A DNA stretch of 61,665 nucleotides, filler included, from Squatina squatina (lineage: Eukaryota): the NCBI GenBank assembly GCA_031763465.1. It is 3 parts of 3 records of this genome, joined end to end, with 100 filler letters (N's around TTAATTAATTAA, not from the genome) between each part and the next. Parts side by side here need not be neighbours in the genome. Positions count along the whole stretch, not along the records: positions 16,382 to 42,002 come from JARFOE010000189.1; 2 more parts are not named here. One strand, given 5' to 3'. This document shows positions 20,419-32,960 of this stretch, piece after piece. Every line of letters begins with the position of its first letter. Within the stretch, counting starts at the first letter, position 1. The translations under genes and the position numbers were made by a program. The notes beneath the pieces are model-generated. The model was not told the origin of the DNA and ran no database searches. It was given only the letters and a program-made list of their open reading frames with translations.

Positions 20419-22824
20419 GTATATATATTATATGCCACGTCACTCATAATCTTCGTGCTGCTGCCGCTTCATCTCTCTCTTATTTTTTTGGGCTATGCTT
20501 TCTTTTTTTTATTTAAAGAGTTTAACGGCTTTCGGTAACGTAGCATGTCCAAATCTGGAGAAATAGACCAAATCGCAGGGCTTTCTGCAGTTGGACCCTG
20601 GGAGCTTTAGGCACAGAATATTCGCTCTTTTTCCTTTTTTCCTTCTTGTTGCTTTGAAAGTTGGCAAAAATGGTTAACTTCCTATTTCTAATTTATTTTG
20701 ATCGGAATGCAAGCTCAATCATACTCGGAATAGCCACCTGGGCTCTTGTAATACGTACGCTGAGAACTGCAGACAGCCCTGATCAGGTGTGCATCCAGGA
20801 TTGACTTCTCAGGCTGCTGCATGACACTTACCCTGCAAGTGTCAGCAAAGAGGGGCTTTTAGAGCCTTAAAGAAAACACACACAGACACATCTCTTAAAC
20901 ACAATATCTTTTTCCCTCACAGTAAGCATGGCTATGAAGCTTGCTGAGCATTTTTGCAAATGCATCTAGTTCCTCCAGGACTCCGGTAGTGTGGGGCCTG
21001 AATTATTAGTTGCATGTTCTTATGCACTCAACCGTGAGATGACAGGCCCTGTCTTAACACTGTACAGTGGGATGGAGGTGAGCTACCTGCCAAGTGTGAC
21101 TGCATCCAAATGCATCGGATTCCGAAAGATAATTGGTGTTGAAAATGGCATGGTTTATGAGAAAGGAAAGGTCGGTTTTATCGATTCGAACACTTGTCAG
21201 TTCAGCATCCACAGAAACGTTTGACCCAGCATGGTTATGCACAAATCACTTGGATCTTCACCCTGTACTCTTTGCCCCTCCCTTAAAGGGTGCGAGTCGC
21301 CTCAATCATCTGGTTGGCGAGACAGCAAATCACAATTGCGAGTAATCCAGACTTGTCAATCATATGTCTGTCACGGTGTCCCATAGAACTGGCTAACAAC
21401 TCACCTGCTGGTACTGTATTGCGCTGATCCCTGTAGCAGACGACACCGTTGAACGGGAGACAGCCTCCGCACCTCTGGGTTACTTGTCACATTGTGCTAA
21501 CAGCCCACGTCTCCAGTGGGATGACATGTACCCTTTAAGCACACTTGCACCCACAGACAAGTGATGCATTTAAAGTGTGTCGTTTGATTTTTATTGTGCG
21601 ATCCAACGATTGAGTCACACTCCCTGTTTTATGCACATTATATAATTCACGGTGTACAATTCCACTAGTCTATAAGTCACTATCTATGTTTGTCAAGCTT
21701 AAAAAAGGCTTGATAATGGTGACTTACATTGCAGATTTTACCGTAATATCTCAATTTGCACGTACTTAATAATGCAATATTTTGTCTTCCCTTCAAATAG
21801 TTCCCAACGTCTGGTAAGATGGCCGTACTTTCTTTGGCCGTGTTGAGCCAAGGGGTTGAAGTACATGTGGGGACTTTACATGAGGTGTTTGATTTACAGG
21901 TAATGCTGAGGGGGTGGCCAGTCCGTGGGGAATGGATTTTACATCCACTGTTAGTGTACAGAACTTGCTGGGTTAGCAGTTCAGTTTCCAGGGGAACTTT
22001 TTCAGCTGATCTAGTTGAAGCCAAGTGTCTGTCTGATTTAGTGACAGATGGAGTTCCGCGTTATTCAGGGTAGTTTTGATTTTGGGTGATAATGTGTAAC
22101 TAAGACTTTGATGGAGTTCGAAATCGGGAACGATGAATAACAAGCGTCTGAATCAATATTGCCTGTTTTACACTGTCATGCCAAGCCAAAATAACTCCCA
22201 GTGCAAGAGAATGGGGGAAAAGTGAGTGAAAGCAAGGGGACCGAAAGGGAGAATGGGAAATAAAAGAGGGTGATAAAGCAAAAGACAGAGTGTGGGGAAG
22301 GGAGAGAAAAATGCAAAGAAAGAAGAAAAATGAGGGAAGATTTGGTGGCAGGCTGACTTGCTGTAGTCCGAGCTCAAAATACCAGTAGTAAACCTGAGTG
22401 ACTGTGACTAAGTGTCCAGGTAAGAACATGAGAGGAAAATTGGACTGGATGTGTGCGTGTGACAAGTTGAATACGTGGACCAATGAGTTGTGTATAAATG
22501 GACGACTGCTGTGAATCTGGGTAATGCATGTGGTCTAATTCATTAGACTGTGACAGACGAGGCACTCTATGAAAAGTCTGTTACTCAGTGCCATTTCTGT
22601 AACGCTGTTATATGATTCCTACAAAGCTGTGAAGCCACCTTCACCATACGGTTTGTCATTTTTTCCCCTTCTTTCTGCAAAATCAGCTGTTGTGCCAAGG
22701 ACAGACCTAGAGATTGTCAGGGAAGTTTCGAGACTGATGCTCCGGGGAGTTTGACTTTAATTTCTGTGGATGTTCTCTTTAACCAGTATTGGCATTTTAT
22801 TGGGTGGTTGGGGCAGGTAGGTTG

Positions 22825-23290
22825 AACATCGGAACAGGAGTAGACCATTCATAATCCCCCATTCAGTTAGATCATGGCTGATCTGTACCTCAACTCCATC
22901 TACCCATTTTTGCTCCATATCCCTTGATACCCAGCAAAAATCTATCGATCTTAGCCTTGAAAATCTCCAATTGACCCCCAGTATCCACAAGCTTTTGAGT
23001 CAGAGTTCCACTACCCTTTGTGTGAAAAAGTGCTTCCTGATTTCACTCCTAAATGGCCTAGCTCCAAATGTAAGATTATGTCCCCTTGTTCTGGATTACC
23101 CATCAAAGGAAATCTTATCAAATACGGTTATCATTTCAAGCACTTCAGTCAGATCACCCCTCAACCTTCTAAACTCAAGGAAATACAAGCCTAGCCTATG
23201 CAACCTGTCCTCATAATTTAACCCTCTCCGCCCTGGTATCATTCTGGTGAATCTATACTGTACCCCATCGTAGGCCAATATATTTTTCCT
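22825..23290 (-). mobile_element. CR1 LINE 3' fragment
   Basis: Minus-strand peptide VQYRFTRMIPGRRGLNYEDRLHRLGLYFLEFRRLRGDL, plus a CR1 3' UTR. Confidence 0.88.
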
Positions 23291-23793
23291 NNNNNNNNNN
23301 NNNNNNNNNNNNNNNNNNNNNNNNNNNNNNNNNNNNNNNNNNNNNNNNNNNNNNNNNNNNNNNNNNNNNNNNNNNNNNNNNNNNNNNNNNGGGAGATCGG
23401 CAAGGTACTTACCAGGATATTGCTGCTGAAAGGGGACAGGGTGAATCTGTACAGATGTGTGGCAACTCCAGGGTCGAACTCGGTGCTTGCTACATCTCAG
23501 CACTGCCGTCCTCCTTAGCTTTGCATTTCGGAGCTCACTGACTGACTGACTGAACGTGAAGCGAAGCGCAGATAGAAAAATGTAGCTGCGTAGAGCAATA
23601 GGAAACCAAACTAGCTTGGAGTGAAGTATCGTGGCTGTGAATGTGGCATTGCAGAGTTCTTTCTCTTGGTTTAAGTGCAGAGTCTCGACTAACCAGCAAC
23701 CGCTGAAAAGCCTTTGGTGAAATTAAGTGCCTTTGAGGTGGGTGTGCTCATCACAAACAAAAATGAATGCTCAAAATCTTTTCTTTCTTTCAG

Positions 23794-23892
23794 AGTGGCT
23801 TTACTCCGCTCCATATAGCTGCTCACTATGGGAATATAAATGTAGCAACATTGTTACTGAATCGAGGTGCTGCTGTAGATTTCACAGCCAGG
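23794..23892 (+). CDS. ANK3: ANK3 99-nt repeat exon
   Basis: Encodes [33 protein letters not shown]; tttcag acceptor and GTAAGA donor. Confidence 0.96.
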
Positions 23893-24477
23893 GTAAGACC
23901 CCGAATCGCGATTTGACTTTTTCCCGATTACACTTTTGTATGTATTTCTCCTGCACTTCCTTGGTGTTTTCCCTCTGCATGTCTCAAATGATAAGGTACC
24001 AATACCAGCATGGAAATGATCTTTGTTGTAGTGACATGTCGAAGAGAGCTTCTGTGAAATGATCTCACTCATGCCATTGTTTTTTTTATGTACTAGCGCA
24101 ATAACCAGAGTGTTCCTCACGGTCAGTTGAGGAACATCATTTTTTTTATGCACAAAATGACAACAGAAGGTTTCAGGAGGTCACTGTAGTGTGACAGTTG
24201 AATGGGCAATGNNNNNNNNNNNNNNNNNNNNNNNNNNNNNNNNNNNNNNNNNNNNNNNNNNNNNNNNNNNNNNNNNNNNNNNNNNNNNNNNNNNNNNNNN
24301 NNNNNNNNNNNAGTGTGCGAGTTTGTCACATACCACAGATAGTGGGAGAGATTGAATGCTCGTGATCAAACAACTATAGAGATGAAAGGGGTGTCGTAGG
24401 TATGTATCAGAGCAATGAAAAGAATCAGAAAGACGACATGGGTTCTAAAAAAATAAGCCGTAAGTCTAACGATTTCT

Positions 24478-24724
24478 CTGTTTGCATCCCCGATTTTAAT
24501 TGCTCCACCATTGGCGGCCGTACCTTCAGCAGCCAAGGCCCTGAGCTCTGGAATTCCCTCCCCAAACCTCTCCGTGCCTTTACCTCTCTCTTCTCCTTTA
24601 AGACACTCCTGAAACATACCTCTTTGAACAATATCTCACGTGGCTTGGTGTCAAATTTTGGTTCAGAACGCTCCTGTGAAGCACCTTGGGTTAAAGGTGC
24701 TCTATAAATGCAAGTTGTTGTTGT
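24478..24724 (+). mobile_element. L2 LINE 3' end
   Basis: Encodes STIGGRTFSSQGPELWNSLPK; tail tataaatgcaagttgttgttg. Confidence 0.85.
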
Positions 24725-24941
24725 AATGCTGTGGAACGTGGGCCATTAGCACCAATGTAACTCTCTTCATTCCTCTTGGTCTTTCTATTTCCTTTGCTAC
24801 ACTATGGTGCAGTCAAAACCAGTGTTAGAAAAAAAAGGCTTTTGATGATAGAGGAAAAGGCTTTTCATCTTGAAATGATCAATTGCAAAATAGCAGTTGC
24901 ACTGTATTGAGTAATAAACAAATCTTGAATTTGTGTTGCAG

Positions 24942-25040
24942 AATGGTTTCACCCCACTCCATATCGCATGCAAGAAAAACAGGATTAAAGTAATGGATCT
25001 GCTGTTGAAATATGGAGCGTCAATTCAGGCAGTTACTGAG
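24942..25040 (+). CDS. ANK3: ANK3 99-nt repeat exon
   Basis: Encodes [33 protein letters not shown]; ttgcag acceptor and GTAACA donor. Confidence 0.96.
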
Positions 25041-25051
25041 GTAACAGCAAC

Positions 25052-25709
25052 ATGTTTGTGTGTGTGATTGGGTATTGATGTGTGTGTGTCTTATGGGTGT
25101 GTGTTTGCGCACGTGTATTGATACGTTTGTGTGTGTGCATTTGTGTATGTGCAAGCATGTATGTATTGATGTATGTGTGTATGCACGTACATGTGTCATT
25201 TTGTGTGTGTGCGTGTGTATTTGTACCTGTTTCTGCCTCTGGGTGTTTGTACACGTGTTTATTGATTTGTTTGTGCATGTGTATTTGTGTGTGCACACGT
25301 GTGTGTATTGTGTTTGTGCATGTGTACTTGTGTGTGTAAGAGCATGGAAGAGTGTGTTTGTGCATGTGTTTTGATGTGTGTTTGTGTGTGTGTGTGTGCA
25401 TGTGTATGTGTGGGTATGTGCGTGTTTGTGTGTGTTTGTGTCTGTGTTTGTGTATGTGTGTGATTGTCTCTGTGCCTGTGTGTGAGTGTGTGAGTGTCTG
25501 TGTATGTGTGAGCGTGTGTGTGTGAGTTTGTGTGTGTGTCTGTCTGAGAGTTTCTGTGTGAATGTGTCTGAGTGTGTGTATGTGTGTGAGCGTGTGTGTA
25601 TGTGTGAGCATGCGTGTGTGTGTGTGTGTGTATGTCTGTGTGCGCACTTGTGTATATGCCTATATGCTTGTGTATGCATGTGTGTTGTGTGTTGTGTGTG
25701 TGTGTGTGT
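25052..25709. repeat. Degenerate (TG)n-rich tract
   Basis: About 650 bp of imperfect TG repeats directly after an exon. Confidence 0.95.
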
Positions 25710-26696
25710 TATTATTCAGTGAAAACAGGATTGGGTTCAGCTATGATTAAATAGCCTATAGTTAAATAGTGTGCCAACAATCCTGGTCCAGATTCACACA
25801 TGAGAAATAGCCTCTTCACTTCGATTCGACAGAGCGTGCCACTGCCCACCAGGGGAGTGCGAAGAATGGAAGTGGAATCTTTCAAAGTCAATCAAACTCT
25901 ACCTTTAGACCATCACCTTTTCGGAAGATTTCATTTCTTAAAATCTTTAAAATGATCTCTCTCTTTTTTTGTAACAATACAGAGTAGCACTTGTGGCGAT
26001 TGCACCACATCACATCAGATATGACAGCTAACTCCGGTGTATATGAACTTCACTTGAATGATTTTGTGGAGAGCTTATCGCATAATGTTAGCCATTATTT
26101 TGTTACACTTAGCAAGATGACGAGTTTCAACTTTGGGAAATGGAGAGTGTTTTTGGTTCCGCGTCAGCGAATGTCAGCTTAAATCATTCTAAGGTCAAGT
26201 GTCATGTGGGTTAGCCTCGTGATGTATCGTGTCTAAGAGGTAACATTATTCAAGTGTTTCTACTGCATCGGGCCAGGCGTATACATGAAGCTCTGTTCTC
26301 CCTTTTATCAAACTTTTCAAGCTATTTGAAATAACCATGTTAAAATACAGTGAACCAATGCATTATAAAATATCGCTAAGGCGCCGTAACCGAAATATCA
26401 GAAGATTTCCACAGACACCCACACGCCTTCCATTCTGCCCCCAGTATGACATTTCCATTTCCTACTTCAGCGATTCCTTTTACTTTTGTTGGTTCAGTTG
26501 TCAGTTAGTGTCGAGTGGTACTGAATTACAGGTATTTTGTATGGTAGATTTGTGCTCATTACAGCTGCATTGTGTGTCTAAACTCATTTCTCTTAGGATC
26601 TTTACCTCTGTCAGAAAAAGGAAACTGCCTTCTCGTGAATATTAGCTGATTTTGTACTCAGGACCTGGAGGAAGGCAGATGTAACTCACAGCACAT

Positions 26697-26698
<2 letters not shown>

Positions 26699-26736
<38 letters not shown>
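26699..26736. repeat. (CA)n microsatellite
   Basis: Uninterrupted CA run. Confidence 0.95.
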
Positions 26737-26738
<2 letters not shown>

Positions 26739-26867
26739 CCTCATGAAAATAAAACACACATTTGGAAGGTTCCCATATGGTGGCTGTGCAAAATATTATT
26801 AATAAATAATAATTCCTAAAGTTACTTCCAAATTATTAATTAGCATGTTTTTACGGCTATACATAGT

Positions 26868-27085
26868 AGCCCTGAAATTGTGATTGGAGGCTTCCTGCGT
26901 GCGGGTGCCTCTGATTGCAATTTTGTTTACGTACTTACCGAAGGGTCCTGGATCCATGCGCCCTTGCAATATTCAGCTCCCCTGAGTTGGAGATTCGGAG
27001 CGGGGTTTTCTAGTGACCTGGGCAAGTCACATGGAAGGCCCCAGCCAATCAGGTAGGTGTATCTTTTATTGAAGTTTTGACAGTT
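26868..27085. mobile_element. MITE left part
   Basis: Starts gccctgaaattg, the reverse complement of the terminus caatttcagggc at ~34457-34468, and shares an internal motif with 3759-3790. Confidence 0.55.
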
Positions 27086-27185
27086 NNNNNNNNNNNNNNN
27101 NNNNNNNNNNNNNNNNNNNNNNNNNNNNNNNNNNNNNNNNNNNNNNNNNNNNNNNNNNNNNNNNNNNNNNNNNNNNNNNNNNNNN

Positions 27186-27271
27186 GTGTATTGGTTGTGT
27201 ATGTGTGTATTGATGTGTGTGTTGGTGTGCGTGTGTATTGGTTGTGTATGTATGTATTGATATGTGTATTG

Positions 27272-27310
<39 letters not shown>

Positions 27311-27328
27311 TATTAATGTGTGCGCGTA
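27186..27328. repeat. (TG)n-rich tract
   Basis: Imperfect, then perfect, TG repeats. Confidence 0.9.
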
Positions 27329-27425
27329 TCTATTGCTCTGCGACCTGTTTAGCAAAGAGGCTGTAAAATCTAGCTGAGCAGTATATTTCCTGTGATGTTT
27401 GTGTGACCCACCTTATTCTTTGCAG

Positions 27426-27524
27426 TCGGGCCTAACACCTATTCATGTTGCTGCATTCATGGGACATGCAAATATTGTGACACAGTTAATGCAACGCGGA
27501 GCTTCACCACATACGACAAACGTG
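27426..27524 (+). CDS. ANK3: ANK3 99-nt repeat exon
   Basis: Encodes [33 protein letters not shown]; ttgcag acceptor and GTAAGG donor. Confidence 0.96.
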
Positions 27525-27954
27525 GTAAGGGAGCACTTTAGCCATTTCTAAAGCCAAGGAAGGGTAAAGGTATTTTAAGAGCAAGCTACTTTGCATATTA
27601 AATGTACACTCAAAAAGGACGTTTTATGCACTATTATTAGAACTAAGTGGGTAAATGTTTGATCATGTTGTACAAATCCAAAGGGAAATAACTACAGCGT
27701 CAACCTGTACAACCCCTCCTGTCATGTCTGGGTCTGTTGTAGGCTGATTGATGACATAGAGATTGGTTGTTATAATTAGTCAACAAATCCATTACTGTTG
27801 TATCATCTGACTACCAGGATGGTAGAAGGAGACCTAGACAGACATTGGTCTTTTNNNNNNNNNNNNNNNNNNNNNNNNNNNNNNNNNNNNNNNNNNNNNN
27901 NNNNNNNNNNNNNNNNNNNNNNNNNNNNNNNNNNNNNNNNNNNNNNNNNNNNNN

Positions 27955-28251
27955 CCACACTCCCGCCACTGGTCGCCCAACATGTCTACACGAATGGGCC
28001 ACCACCTTCTTGTGCCAATTGGACAGCGAGCAGACTCTTCATTACCCAATTGGATGGTTCTTGACTGTCAGTCAAACGGCATTTTCTTCCATGTCTGATA
28101 TTTTTATGGTTAGTAAACAAGTGTTTTTTTTTAAAAAAACGCATTTTTTACTGCCCCAATGATTTTCAGCTGGGTTGCTCGGAGCAGTATCCTGGAGATT
28201 ACCCTTGAATTCCTGGAGACTCCAAGGCAATCCTGGTGGGTTGGCAAACCT
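27955..28251. mobile_element. MITE-like fragment with terminus ...gggttggcaaaccta
   Basis: Ends ggagactccaaggcaatcctggtgggttggcaaaccta; a related inverted copy lies at 19882-20040. Confidence 0.5.
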
Positions 28252-28536
28252 ACATAATACCTGTCCCCAAGAGGGACAGATGGGGCCTAAATCCCAGCTT
28301 CTCGCAACAACTGATGCAGAAGAGTGTGAATTAAAGAAATGCTTTTGAGAGGCACTGAAAGGTAAAATAAGAGGGATCGGTGGTGTTTGTTGCCTATTAG
28401 CGGTGAGAGTTTGTGCGTATTTTAAAAGCTGAGACCCAATTTTGGCACAGAAGTGGGCAACTGTTACATTCGGCTAATTGAAGCTCCTTATTACCGGTTA
28501 GCATGGTTTCTTTTTCTTTCTCTGACTCTTTTGTAG

Positions 28537-28734
28537 AACGGCTACACGCCCCTGCACATAGCTGCCAAGAAGAATCAGATGGATATCGCAACGACCCTAC
28601 TGGAATATGGTGCTGACACCAACACTGTGACCAAGCAAGGCATCACACCCGTGCACCTTGCCGCGCAGGAGGGGCATGTCGACATGGTGTCCTTGCTCCT
28701 GACTCGGAACGCGGATGTAAACCTGGGAAACACG
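28537..28734 (+). CDS. ANK3: ANK3 198-nt two-repeat exon
   Basis: Encodes [66 protein letters not shown]; ttgtag acceptor and GTTGGT donor. Confidence 0.96.
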
Positions 28735-30443
28735 GTTGGTGGTCTGCGAGCTGCGTTGCTTATTACTCAGCTTCTGCTCTTTCATTGCTGCATTTTTGAT
28801 TGAATTTTCCTCTGCCGTCACGTCCCAGTTCTACTGTTCTACAAACCCGTATCCATTGAATGTATTACGAATATACGAAAATGATGGGCAGGACAAGACC
28901 AGCTGGTCTATCAAGCCTGCCCCACCCTCACGATGACTTGGAGTATCATGACTAGACACTTTCTACCCCTTCCCCTCCGCAACTATGTCATCTCCTAGGT
29001 ACGGCAATAAAAAAAAAGGACAAACCCAGGGCCAATAAAGGATGAAAATACTCTGGAAAAACTCCTCTCCAACTCCCTCAGGAGGCCACATTGACCATGT
29101 GTCTGTCAAACCCCATACCTTCGATATGATGCGATCTCTGCCCTAGTCAAGAACTGGTCCAGCTCGCTCATGAAGGCATGGTGGTGGGTATGAAACATTG
29201 ATCATGGTTTTGACATCACTATGAGGACAAGAGTAGAGGGATTGGCATAGCTTGGGCCAGCAACGTGTTTAAGGACCCCAACTCGTGGTGCCGTGGACTT
29301 GTGCCGACCTCCCCTCTGATGAATTTCCCGCTTGAGCTGCACTATGGTGCAGAGTAGAGAGACCGGGCAGAGTCATCACAAAGTTACCCTTGTGCATGCC
29401 CATAGAGCAGCATTATTGGAGACCCGAAGCAATCTCCGACTCTCACTTNNNNNNNNNNNNNNNNNNNNNNNNNNNNNNNNNNNNNNNNNNNNNNNNNNNN
29501 NNNNNNNNNNNNNNNNNNNNNNNNNNNNNNNNNNNNNNNNNNNNNNNNNNNNNNNNNNNNNNNNNNNNNNNNNNNNNNNNNNNNNNNNNNNNNNNNNNNN
29601 NNNNNNNNNNNNNNNNNNNNNNNNNNNNNNNNNNNNNNNNNNNNNNNNNNNNNNNNNNNNNNNNNNNNNNNNNNNNNNNNNNNNNNNNNNNNNNNNNNNN
29701 NNNNNNNNNNNNNNNNNNNNNNNNNNNNNNNNNNNNNNNNNNNNNNNNNNNNNNNNNNNNNNNNNNNNNNNNNNNNNNNNNNNNNNNNNNNNNNNNNNNN
29801 NNNNNNNNNNNNNNNNNNNNNNNNNNNNNNNNNNNNNNNNNNNNNNNNNNNNNNNNNNNNNNNNNNNNNNNNNNNNNNNNNNNNNNNNNNNNNNNNNNNN
29901 NNNNNNNNNNNNNNNNNNNNNNNNNNNNNNNNNNNNNNNNNNNNNNNNNNNNNNNNNNNNNNNNNNNNNNNNNNNNNNNNNNNNNNNNNNNNNNNNNNAC
30001 CAAGAGTCACGCCTATCCGATCTTCACACGCACGGAAAACCCTCCTGATGGTAAGGTCTTTACCAGACATAATGTTGGGGGCAATTAGTTTTCGGCGATG
30101 GTGAACTGGCAGCCCGTTTTACACCCGCCTAATTTTCTTTCCCATTGAACATTGAGGTCGTGCTCCTCGGATTGAAGCCTTCCGTCACACTTAGTAACAT
30201 GGTGATTTGTGTCTGTTTCTCAGCCTTGTGATTGTGTTGCAATTGAAAACAGATAATCCTGGCCCACCATTAAATATTGATCGGCACAGAGCCACAATTA
30301 GACCGGAAAACAATAAGCATTGCACGCGTGTTCTTGAGAGCTTACTGCGCGCAGCCTCTGCCAAGTTGCCGTGATAGTAACCGGTAACTGTGTTTGAAAG
30401 TCTGATGGCTGCACCGTTGACGGAATCTAACTCGGATTCACAG

Positions 30444-30542
30444 AGTGGTCTAACACCTCTTCATTTGGCTGCTCAAGAGGATCGAGTGAATGTTGCAGAA
30501 GTGCTGGTTAATCAGGGAGCTGCTATTGACCCACAAACCAAG
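30444..30542 (+). CDS. ANK3: ANK3 99-nt repeat exon
   Basis: Encodes [33 protein letters not shown]; tcacag acceptor and GTACGG donor. Confidence 0.96.
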
Positions 30543-32085
30543 GTACGGACTTGTAAACACTTTTTATTTGTTTTTCTATTGCATTTGAAGCTGATGTAAT
30601 GGGTATTCTGAGTGTCCAGTGAAAGACGTATCAACCCATCGTGTTTCTACCTTGGTTCCCTATCACCCTGCTCCCATTGGTCCAGGAGTTACAAGATTTC
30701 ATGGTGGGAAAAGTTAGCAGGATCTGAAGATAGAAATTTATATAGTGCCTTTCATGGCCGCAGGATGTTCNNNNNNNNNNNNNNNNNNNNNNNNNNNNNN
30801 NNNNNNNNNNNNNNNNNNNNNNNNNNNNNNNNNNNNNNNNNNNNNNNNNNNNNNNNNNNNNNNNNNNNNNNNNNNNNNNNNNNNNNNNNNNNNNNNNNNN
30901 NNNNNNNNNNNNNNNNNNNNNNNNNNNNNNNNNNNNNNNNNNNNNNNNNNNNNNNNNNNNNNNNNNNNNNNNNNNNNNNNNNNNNNNNNNNNNNNNNNNN
31001 NNNNNNNNNNNNNNNNNNNNNNNNNNNNNNNNNNNNNNNNNNNNNNNNNNNNNNNNNNNNNNNNNNNNNNNNNNNNNNNNNNNNNNNNNNNNNNNNNNNN
31101 NNNNNNNNNNNNNNNNNNNNNNNNNNNNNNNNNNNNNNNNNNNNNNNNNNNNNNNNNNNNNNNNNNNNNNNNNNNNNNNNNNNNNNNNNNNNNNNNNNNN
31201 NNNNNNNNNNNNNNNNNNNNNNNNNNNNNNNNNNNNNNNNNNNNNNNNNNNNNNNNNNNNNNNNNNNNNNNNNNNNNNNNNNNNNNNNNNNNNNNNNNNN
31301 NNNNNNNNNNNNNNNNNNNNNNNNNNNNNNNNNNNNNNNNNNNNNNNNNNNNNNNNNNNNNNNNNNNNNNNNNNNNNNNNNNNNNNNNNNNNNNNNNNNN
31401 NNNNNNNNNNNNNNNNNNNNNNNNNNNNNNNNNNNNNNNNNNNNNNNNNNNNNNNNNNNNNNNNNNNNNNNNNNNNNNNNNNNNNNNNNNNNNNNNNNNN
31501 NNNNNNNNNNNNNNNNNNNNNNNNNNNNNNNNNNNNNNNNNNNNNNNNNNNNNNNNNNNNNNNNNNNNNNNNNNNNNNNNNNNNNNNNNNNNNNNNNNNN
31601 NNNNNNNNNNNAAGACCTGAAGTCGCGGCCAGGATTCTCGGAGGATGCTGCTCTGATTGGAACAAAAAGGAGATTGTAAAATTTGCGTACTTTCTCTGAG
31701 GATCTTGGTGACTACATTAAATGAAAGGCTGGTCATTCCAGCCAGTACTGACAATGTGAGGGGCAAACGTCGGCGATTGTTCCGACCTGGCAACTGGGAA
31801 AAGAGGGAGGCAAAGGGAATGTTCAGTAGTAGATTTCAGTTAAGGCAGGTTCAGTTAAGGCAGGCTCAGAGATGGAGGACTGATATTCCACTGCATATTG
31901 TTTTGTCTTGTCAGCCCTGGGATAACGCTGTGACTTCAAGCTACATGTAGGGATTTTAGAAGAGACATTCACCGGTTTAGAAATACGATCCCACAGTGTA
32001 ATTGAGGTGCACTGTCTGTTGTATTTCCATCTGTAGAATCTCCCAGTGAAAGGTTAAATGGAGTCTGCCTGATTTTTGATTACAG

Positions 32086-32184
32086 ATGGGTTATATTCCA
32101 CTACATGTAGCATGCCACTATGGGAATGTGAAAATGGTCAACTTTCTCCTGCAGCATAACTCCAAAGTGAACGCCAAGACAAAG
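32086..32184 (+). CDS. ANK3: ANK3 99-nt repeat exon
   Basis: Encodes [33 protein letters not shown]; ttacag acceptor and GTTGGT donor. Confidence 0.95.
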
Positions 32185-32288
32185 GTTGGTTCACTTTAGC
32201 TGACACCGTTTACAGCTGATTTAAGTCTAAACAAACTAAACCTTTCCACGGCGTGTCTTCTGAACATACCCTCCTTTCACCCCCACAG

Positions 32289-32387
32289 AACGGGTACACC
32301 CCTCTCCACCAGGCTGCACAGCAAGGGCACACGCACATCATAAACATCCTCCTCCAGCATGGTGCCTCTCCGGATGAAGTCACTGTG
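32289..32387 (+). CDS. ANK3: ANK3 99-nt repeat exon
   Basis: Encodes [33 protein letters not shown]; ccacag acceptor and GTAAGT donor. Confidence 0.96.
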
Positions 32388-32628
32388 GTAAGTAACAGTC
32401 GTTCACTTGGGAGAATTTCTTTCCTCCAGTTGTAAATGGGTTCCTTTCCAAACTCCTGGGTTAATAAGAGGTTACAGTCTAGAAGGCGTATCGTTGAACA
32501 ACTTTGAGTAGGCAACAGTTGGGGTCTAACAGTTCACTCCCCAACCCTTGATTATCAGAGAGCAAAGAAGGACTTAATATGAATGGAAAATTGGATTTAC
32601 TGATCTTGACCAATTACAAAAAGATAAT

Positions 32629-32960
32629 GTACCCCCTATATCTGACTGATGCACCCCCTGTATCTGACTGGTGTACCCCTGTATCTGACTGGTGTACCCC
32701 TGTATCTGACTGATGCACCCCCTGTATCTGACTGGTGCACCCCCTGTATCTGACTGGTGCACCCCCTGTATCTGACTGGTGTACCCGCTGTAGGTGACTG
32801 GTGTACCCGCTGTAGGTGACTGGTATACCTCTGTATCTAACTGGTGTACCCCCTGTATCTGATGTATGTCCTGTATTTGACTGGTGTGCCCACATTACCT
32901 GGCTGATGTACGCCGTATGGCCCGTGTCTGACTCACATGCGGCCCATGTCTGACTGAAAG
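32629..32960. repeat. 21-22-bp minisatellite
   Basis: Tandem tgtatctgactggtgcaccccc units, decaying toward the 3' end. Confidence 0.92.

Noticed and set aside
23414-23425. gtacttaccagg as a U1 snRNA 5' end or an antisense splice donor
   Set aside because: No U1 body follows, and an isolated antisense donor has no other support.
25020-25750. His/Thr-rich and Cys/Val-rich ORFs (also 26927-27355 and 35315-36459)
   Set aside because: They are translations of TG/CA tracts and the 24-bp minisatellite.
32629-32960. Regular repeat array as CRISPR-like
   Set aside because: Head-to-tail minisatellite without unique spacers, inside a vertebrate intron.
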